The notes under the pieces: generated by a model
The model's input: only the letters and a program-made list of their open reading frames with translations
Told to the model about the DNA's origin: nothing
Database searches by the model: none
Source of the DNA: an uncultured Rickettsiales bacterium
GTDB taxonomy: Bacteria; Pseudomonadota; Alphaproteobacteria; Rickettsiales; UBA8987
Reading direction: 5' to 3'
DNA: 43,696 nucleotides
NCBI GenBank assembly: GCA_964424715.1
Contig: CAYRJW010000001.1
Location: forward strand, 1 to 43,696
Program-made: the position numbers and the translations under genes
Part shown: piece after piece, positions 38,982 to 43,696 of the stretch
Numbering within the stretch: position 1 is the first letter of the stretch
Layout of the letters: the number at the start of each line of letters is the position of its first letter

Positions 38982-39140
38982 TTATTTTTTCAGAATATAC
39001 TTACGGCTGCAATAAGGGCAGGTTATCTCATTATCCCCGGCCGGGAATGTAAGGTAAACCCGCGGGTGGCCCATGCTGCCATTGCCGCCGTCGCAGGAAA
39101 CTTCCTTGTTCTGCACTTCTATGATCTCGAAATCTAACAC
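38982..39140 (-). CDS. zf-CHCC zinc-finger mini-protein (NDUFS6 C-terminal-like), 52 aa
   Basis: Found by hand below the ORF-track cut-off: (GTG)LDFEIIEVQNKEVSCDGGNGSMGHPRVYLTFPAGDNEITCPYCSRKYILKK. The pattern C-D-G-G...G-H-P-x-V-[YF]...C-P-Y-C is the zf-CHCC signature. It lies 23 nt upstream of the CheB-CheR ATG. Confidence 0.7.
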   Translation of the reverse strand: MLDFEIIEVQNKEVSCDGGNGSMGHPRVYLTFPAGDNEITCPYCSRKYILKK

Positions 39141-39200
39141 TTTAAAAAGCCTGATTAATAGTCTATTTTAATAGTCTGTAACCTAACCCAAAGTCAATAA

Positions 39201-39875
39201 ATGTTTGGTAAGAACCCGAAAAGACCGCCTGTAAATAGTGATGGAAGAACTCTGGATGTACAGGAGATATTCGCCACCATTCAGGGAGAAGGCCCTAATA
39301 CCGGCACGCCTTCGGTGTTCCTGCGGCTTGGCGGGTGCAATCTTGCATGTGAGTTTTGTGACACGGAGTTTGAGAGTTTTGCGGGCCATGCCTGCGATGA
39401 TGTCATTAATGAAGTGAAAAGACTGGCGCTTAATTCTGTAGGTAAAAAAGTTGTTGAATTGGTTGTCATCACTGGCGGTGAGCCGTTCCGGCAGAATATA
39501 GAGTATCTGTGCGAAAAGTTGATAGCAGAAGGATTTAAGGTGCAGATAGAGACCAACGGCACTTTATATCGCCCAGTAGCGAAAGAGGTTGAGATAATCT
39601 GTTCGCCGAAAAATACCAATGGTTATGCTATCATAAGGGAAGATCTGCTGGAGAGAGTAAATGCGTTCAAATTCATAATTTCCGCGCATGATGATAAATA
39701 TAAAACGGTCGCCGAAGTAGGGCAGAGCAAATTTAATACCCCGGTATATATCCAGCCGATGGATGAATATAATGAAATAAAAAATAAGGAAAATCTGGAA
39801 CTGGTGAAAAAACTGGCGATGGATAATGGCTACAGGATAAGCCTGCAGACCCACAAAATTATCGGTGTTGCCTAA
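39201..39875 (+). CDS. queE: 7-carboxy-7-deazaguanine synthase (radical SAM)
   Basis: EIFATIQGEG..G.PSVFLRLGGCNLACEFCDT (CxxxCxxC cluster site), about 220 aa, ending ISLQTHKIIGV, as in QueE. Confidence 0.88.
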   Translation: MFGKNPKRPPVNSDGRTLDVQEIFATIQGEGPNTGTPSVFLRLGGCNLACEFCDTEFESFAGHACDDVINEVKRLALNSVGKKVVELVVITGGEPFRQNIEYLCEKLIAEGFKVQIETNGTLYRPVAKEVEIICSPKNTNGYAIIREDLLERVNAFKFIISAHDDKYKTVAEVGQSKFNTPVYIQPMDEYNEIKNKENLELVKKLAMDNGYRISLQTHKIIGVA

Positions 39876-42001
39876 ACATTTAAAAGTTTTATCTGCTTAT
39901 CATATTCATAAAAATATAACAGATTGCGAAGCCTTATTCCGCGTTCGCTTTTTAATTCAGGGTCGCTGTTCAGTATCATTTTAACATCATCACGGGCGGT
40001 GAAGAGAAGGTCTTTATGCTCCGGCAAGATCGCGAAAATAAAATCAGGGAAGCCACTTTGCTTAACGCCGATAAGATCGCCGCTGCCGCGGATGGCAAGA
40101 TCTTCCTCGGCAATGCGGAAGCCGTCATTGGTCTCTTTTAATATACTCAGGCGCTGCTTGCCGGTGTCAGTGGTGTTATCGCTGAATAATAATATGCAGC
40201 TAGATCTTCTATCGCTTCTGCCGACTCTTCCTCTTAGCTGGTGAAGCTGCGCGAGGCCGAATTTTTCGGATTGCTCTATTACCATTATGGTTGCTTCTGG
40301 CACATCAACGCCTACTTCGATAACAGTGGTGGCAACAAGGATCTTTGCTTTGCCATCGCGGAATTTATTTATGGCATCTTCCTTATCTTTCGGTTTCATC
40401 TGGCCGTGAACGATAGAAACTTTTTCACCGAATATTTTTTTAAGCGATCTGTAACGTGCCTCTACCGAAGCATTTACATTCTCCGGATTTTCGCTTTCAT
40501 TGGCAATTATCAGCGGGCATACCCAATATACGCGGTTATCTTCCTTTATGGCCCTGGTGATGCCTTCTATTACTTCATCAGTACGGGAAAGTGCAAGTGC
40601 GCGGGTAGCGATATTCTGGCGGCCGGATGGTTTTTCGGTGAGGGAGGAAACCTCAAGGTCACCATAAATGGTCATGGCAAGAGTGCGCGGTATGGGAGTT
40701 GCACTCATCAAAAGTGCGTGGGTGTTCTCGCCTTTCTGCGCCAGCTCCATTCTTTGCTTTACGCCGAAGCGGTGCTGTTCATCTATTACCAGAAATGAGA
40801 GATTCTTGTAATTCACTTTTTCCTGTAACAGCGCATGAGTGCCGACTATTATCTGGTATTTTCCCTCTGATATTTCCTGCTGTATCTTATTTTTCTGCGC
40901 TGCTTTTAAACTGCCAGTGAGCAGGCAGGCCTTTATGTTATTTTTGATGAAGAATTCTCCTGCAAGTATCTTACTTACAGATTCAAACTGCTGGCGCGCG
41001 AGTATCTCGGTGGGAAGGATGAAGGCGGTCTGGTGCCCGGCCTCTACCGCATCCATTATGGCAAGTATCGCAACTATCGTTTTGCCACTTCCAACATCAC
41101 CCTGTAACAGGCGGAACATTCTGTTGCCTGATCTGAAATCGGCTAAAATTTCCTTGAGGATAGCTCTTTGTCCCTCGGTGAGTTTGAAGGGAAGATTTTT
41201 TAAAGTTTCTTTTATAAAAATATTTTTGGTATCTATGATAATGCCTTTCTGTTTTACTATAGAGCGGCGGGTGATGGAGAGTGCAAGCTGGTTTGCGAGT
41301 ATCTCATCATAGGCAAGGCGTTTGCGGTGGCTGGTATAGATATCAAGGTCTTCCGGGTTTTGGGGTGAGTGAATTTTCCTGATTGAATCGGAAAAACTAT
41401 CAAAATTATTTGCTTTGAGGAAATTAACCTCACACCATTCTTCCAGAGCCGGCATGCTACCCAAAATATTATTACAGAGTTTATTTAATAATTTATTATT
41501 TATACCGAGTGTTAGTGGATATACCGGTTCAAACTCCGGTATCTTCGCAGAATCAGCGGTCTTGGCGAGATAATAGGGGTGAACTATCTGCACGCGGTTA
41601 TTAAATCTTTCTACCTTACCGGAGATGGTTATGGAGCTGTCTATCTTAAAATTTTTTTCGATGAAATCTTTTATGGCGTTGAAATAAACTATGGTCAGGA
41701 AACCGGTCTTATTGCTGCATAGAATATTATAGATAAGTTTTCCGCCGATGCGTTTCTGTTCTATCTTATCGACATCGACGGTGGTGATTATCTCGGTGCC
41801 GTTGGGAATTAAAAGCAGGTTAGGTTCGCGCTGCCTTTTTATGAGGCTGTGCGGGATATGGGTGATGATATCCTTGAATAAAGGTTCCTCCCTTTCGCTG
41901 TTGCGGAAAAGATTATTGAGGTTCGCTTTTGTTTTAGGGCCAACGCCGCTGAGGCTGGAAACTGGTTTGAAAAAATAATTTAGCGTTTGCGGGCGCATCA
42001 T
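39872..42001 (-). CDS. recG: ATP-dependent DNA helicase RecG
   Basis: 709 aa with an N-terminal wedge/OB region. Helicase motifs are LLQGDVGSGKT, DEQHRFGV and SATPIPRT, plus the TRG-type QLHQLRGRVGR. Confidence 0.95.
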   Translation of the reverse strand: MMRPQTLNYFFKPVSSLSGVGPKTKANLNNLFRNSEREEPLFKDIITHIPHSLIKRQREPNLLLIPNGTEIITTVDVDKIEQKRIGGKLIYNILCSNKTGFLTIVYFNAIKDFIEKNFKIDSSITISGKVERFNNRVQIVHPYYLAKTADSAKIPEFEPVYPLTLGINNKLLNKLCNNILGSMPALEEWCEVNFLKANNFDSFSDSIRKIHSPQNPEDLDIYTSHRKRLAYDEILANQLALSITRRSIVKQKGIIIDTKNIFIKETLKNLPFKLTEGQRAILKEILADFRSGNRMFRLLQGDVGSGKTIVAILAIMDAVEAGHQTAFILPTEILARQQFESVSKILAGEFFIKNNIKACLLTGSLKAAQKNKIQQEISEGKYQIIVGTHALLQEKVNYKNLSFLVIDEQHRFGVKQRMELAQKGENTHALLMSATPIPRTLAMTIYGDLEVSSLTEKPSGRQNIATRALALSRTDEVIEGITRAIKEDNRVYWVCPLIIANESENPENVNASVEARYRSLKKIFGEKVSIVHGQMKPKDKEDAINKFRDGKAKILVATTVIEVGVDVPEATIMVIEQSEKFGLAQLHQLRGRVGRSDRRSSCILLFSDNTTDTGKQRLSILKETNDGFRIAEEDLAIRGSGDLIGVKQSGFPDFIFAILPEHKDLLFTARDDVKMILNSDPELKSERGIRLRNLLYFYEYDKQIKLLNV

Positions 42002-43017
42002 CCGTTGATTATTTTATCATACAGCACCGAAAGATCCGTAAGCGGCCTTGCGCCTAAATATTTTATTACCTCGGTTGCGGTATAGGAAGCGATCTTGCCG
42101 GATATCTCGGCATCATGGCCGTTAGCAAGCCCAAACAGGAAGCCCGCGGCATAGCAATCACCTGCGCCGGTAACATCATATACGGCAGGGGTCTTCACCG
42201 GTTCGATATCATGCAATTTGCCATCAACTATAACATAAGAGCCGTTCTCGCTTTTGGTGATACATTTGATTCCCGGCGTCTCGGTGAATTTATGGAGTAG
42301 CCTTTTTATGTCCTCACCACCGTAAAGGGCTGCGGCCTCATGTTCGTTGGCGAATAATATATCGACCGAGGATTCAACTATTTTCGTGAAATCTTCCTTG
42401 TGCCTTTGTACGCAGAACGGGTCTGAAAGGCTGAAGGCAAATTTTACGCCGTGTTTTTTGGCTATCTCAGCCGCCTTAAGAACGGCAGCGCGGGAATTCT
42501 TGTTATCGAATAAATAGCCTTCGGCCATTATTATTTCGGCTGACTTTATTACTTCTTCATTGATATCGCTTTCATCTATCACCACTTTCGGGTCAAGATA
42601 GGTGGCCATGGTGCGTTCAACACGCTTGCGGCCCATAAAACCTTCTTCCTCGGTGACGAGTATCACGCATTTGGAGGTTGAAAGACCTGCGCTAGTTGTC
42701 TGTGATATGAATTGCGCACCTACATTCTCAAGCTCTTTTTTAAATACGCGCCCGGCGAAATCATCGCGGGTCTTGCCGATGAAGGCACTTCTGCCGCCAA
42801 GCATTGAGAATGCTGCAACGGTGTTAGCGGTGGAACCGCCCGAACATTCGGTGGCAGAGCCAAGATTCTCATAGAGTTTCTGGGCAGTATCGAAATCCAC
42901 AAGCTTCATCGAGCCGGTCTCAAGTTGGTTATCTTTCAGGAATTGTGATGGTTTATATGAAAGAACATCAAGTATCGCGCTGCCTATCCCGATCAGCTGG
43001 TATTTTTTCTCGGCCAT
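41998..43017 (-). CDS. PfkB-family carbohydrate/nucleoside kinase, probable adenosine kinase
   Basis: The N-terminus has LIGIGSAILDV and a GG dipeptide. The C-terminus has DVTGAGDCYAAGFLFGL (the PfkB signature 2 anion hole). Confidence 0.8.
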   Translation of the reverse strand: MAEKKYQLIGIGSAILDVLSYKPSQFLKDNQLETGSMKLVDFDTAQKLYENLGSATECSGGSTANTVAAFSMLGGRSAFIGKTRDDFAGRVFKKELENVGAQFISQTTSAGLSTSKCVILVTEEEGFMGRKRVERTMATYLDPKVVIDESDINEEVIKSAEIIMAEGYLFDNKNSRAAVLKAAEIAKKHGVKFAFSLSDPFCVQRHKEDFTKIVESSVDILFANEHEAAALYGGEDIKRLLHKFTETPGIKCITKSENGSYVIVDGKLHDIEPVKTPAVYDVTGAGDCYAAGFLFGLANGHDAEISGKIASYTATEVIKYLGARPLTDLSVLYDKIING

Positions 43018-43085
43018 AATATTTTCATTTTTGATTTAAAAACAGAGAATAGAGGTAACTTTATAAAATTAAAGAATTTTATAAC

Positions 43086-43114
43086 TTGATAGAGAAAAAA
43101 ATATTAATTAGTAT
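43086..43114 (+). promoter_or_regulatory. candidate promoter positioned for a leaderless MerR-like mRNA
   Basis: TTGATA (43086-43091), a 17-nt spacer, then TAGTAT (43109-43114). The predicted +1 at about 43121 is the A of the ATG, and there is no SD. Confidence 0.3.
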
Positions 43115-43120
43115 CGTTCT

Positions 43121-43627
43121 ATGAACCCGCATGAAAATTTATCGTTAAATAAACAGGATTATTCCGAGGTTGACCAGTTCTTCAAGACCATCGGCGAGGT
43201 TTCGGCTGAAATCGGTATTCCTCCTCATGTGCTGCGGTTCTGGGAAAGCAAGTTCTTCCGGATAAAACCCCATAAGAGAAAAGGCGGCCACCGTTATTAC
43301 AGCAAGGCCGACATAGATATCATCTACCAGATCAGAAAGCTCCTGTATGATGAGGGTTATACCATAAAAGGCGCGCAGAAATATTTAAGGGAAAAGGGCT
43401 ATATGCAAAGTAACTCAGCGGTTAACCAACCCAACCTGTTCCTGGATGAGAACAGGAGCCAGTCCAATAACAGCACACAAGAGCTGCAAATGGACCGTGA
43501 CAGACCGGTATTTCAGGAAAACATTTTTAATCACCCGGAAAGAAAGGTAGAACAGCCTGACCATGATGCGGTGAAACTTCTGTTAAAAGAGCTGGAATCA
43601 ATAAAACAAATCCTCGACAAAAAATAG
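43121..43627 (+). CDS. MerR-family HTH transcriptional regulator
   Basis: FKTIGEVSAEIGIPPHVLRFWESKF...KRKGGHRYYSKADI is a MerR-type winged HTH, of the short alphaproteobacterial subgroup without a metal-binding C-terminus. Confidence 0.8.
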   Translation: MNPHENLSLNKQDYSEVDQFFKTIGEVSAEIGIPPHVLRFWESKFFRIKPHKRKGGHRYYSKADIDIIYQIRKLLYDEGYTIKGAQKYLREKGYMQSNSAVNQPNLFLDENRSQSNNSTQELQMDRDRPVFQENIFNHPERKVEQPDHDAVKLLLKELESIKQILDKK

Positions 43628-43631
43628 ATCA

Positions 43632-43696
43632 ATGACAGCAAAGAAAAAAATTCTGGTAGTTGAAGATAACGAGCTTAACCTCAAGCTGTTCACCGA
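43632..43696 (+). CDS. single-domain response regulator, DivK-like, 3'-truncated by window edge
   Basis: MTAKKKILVVEDNELNLKLFT... closely resembles the DivK N-terminus (..ILIVEDNELNMKLF..). Only 21 codons are visible. Confidence 0.55.
   Translation, partial: MTAKKKILVVEDNELNLKLFT

Noticed and set aside
39141-39200. A possible preQ1 riboswitch upstream of queE.
   Set aside because: Only 60 nt are available and they are shared with a divergent promoter. I see no P1 stem followed by the conserved C-rich loop and A-rich tail (…AAAAAACUA) of preQ1-I.
1-43696. A whole-window check for CRISPR arrays, IS or transposase genes, phage modules, toxin-antitoxin pairs and known defence systems.
   Set aside because: No regularly spaced direct repeats are present. 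No transposase, integrase (other than XerC/XerD), reverse-transcriptase, nuclease or ATPase defence-type ORFs are present. Gene content is essentially all housekeeping.

Overview
The window (about 42% GC by eye, heavy ATA-Ile and AGA/AGG-Arg codon use) reads as a densely packed core-chromosome segment of an alphaproteobacterium; I cannot place it more precisely. Almost every long ORF is a recognisable housekeeping gene in alphaproteobacterial-type synteny: DUF3576-leuS-lptE-holA, gyrA, cdsA-dxr-rseP-bamA-skp, aroK-aroB divergent from xerD, recG, a MerR-like gene followed by a DivK-like receiver, and gatB, murC, queA and queE. There are two tRNAs (Gln-UUG, Lys-UUU). I found no rRNA, CRISPR array, transposase, phage gene or recognisable defence system, so I see no clear accessory island. 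Six loci are worth a second look. (1) An orphan, receiver-less CheB-CheR fusion sits in an apparent operon with a zf-CHCC (NDUFS6-like) mini-protein, with no MCP or CheA/W genes nearby. (2) A CHASE8-like sensor kinase is paired with a receiver fused to an RsbW/SpoIIAB-like GHKL serine-kinase domain, with no STAS or sigma partner in view. (3) An unassignable 413-aa polytopic membrane protein is inserted antisense where uppS normally precedes cdsA. (4) Two tiny, highly charged, in-frame ORFs between murC and queA sit behind a near-consensus promoter positioned for leaderless translation. (5) Two structured intergenic elements are present: an inverted GAAACTGGA repeat abutting the leuS start, and a triple hairpin after yggT. 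(6) hisZ is translationally coupled to murC with no hisG. All family assignments come from motifs read by eye and need HMM/BLAST confirmation.
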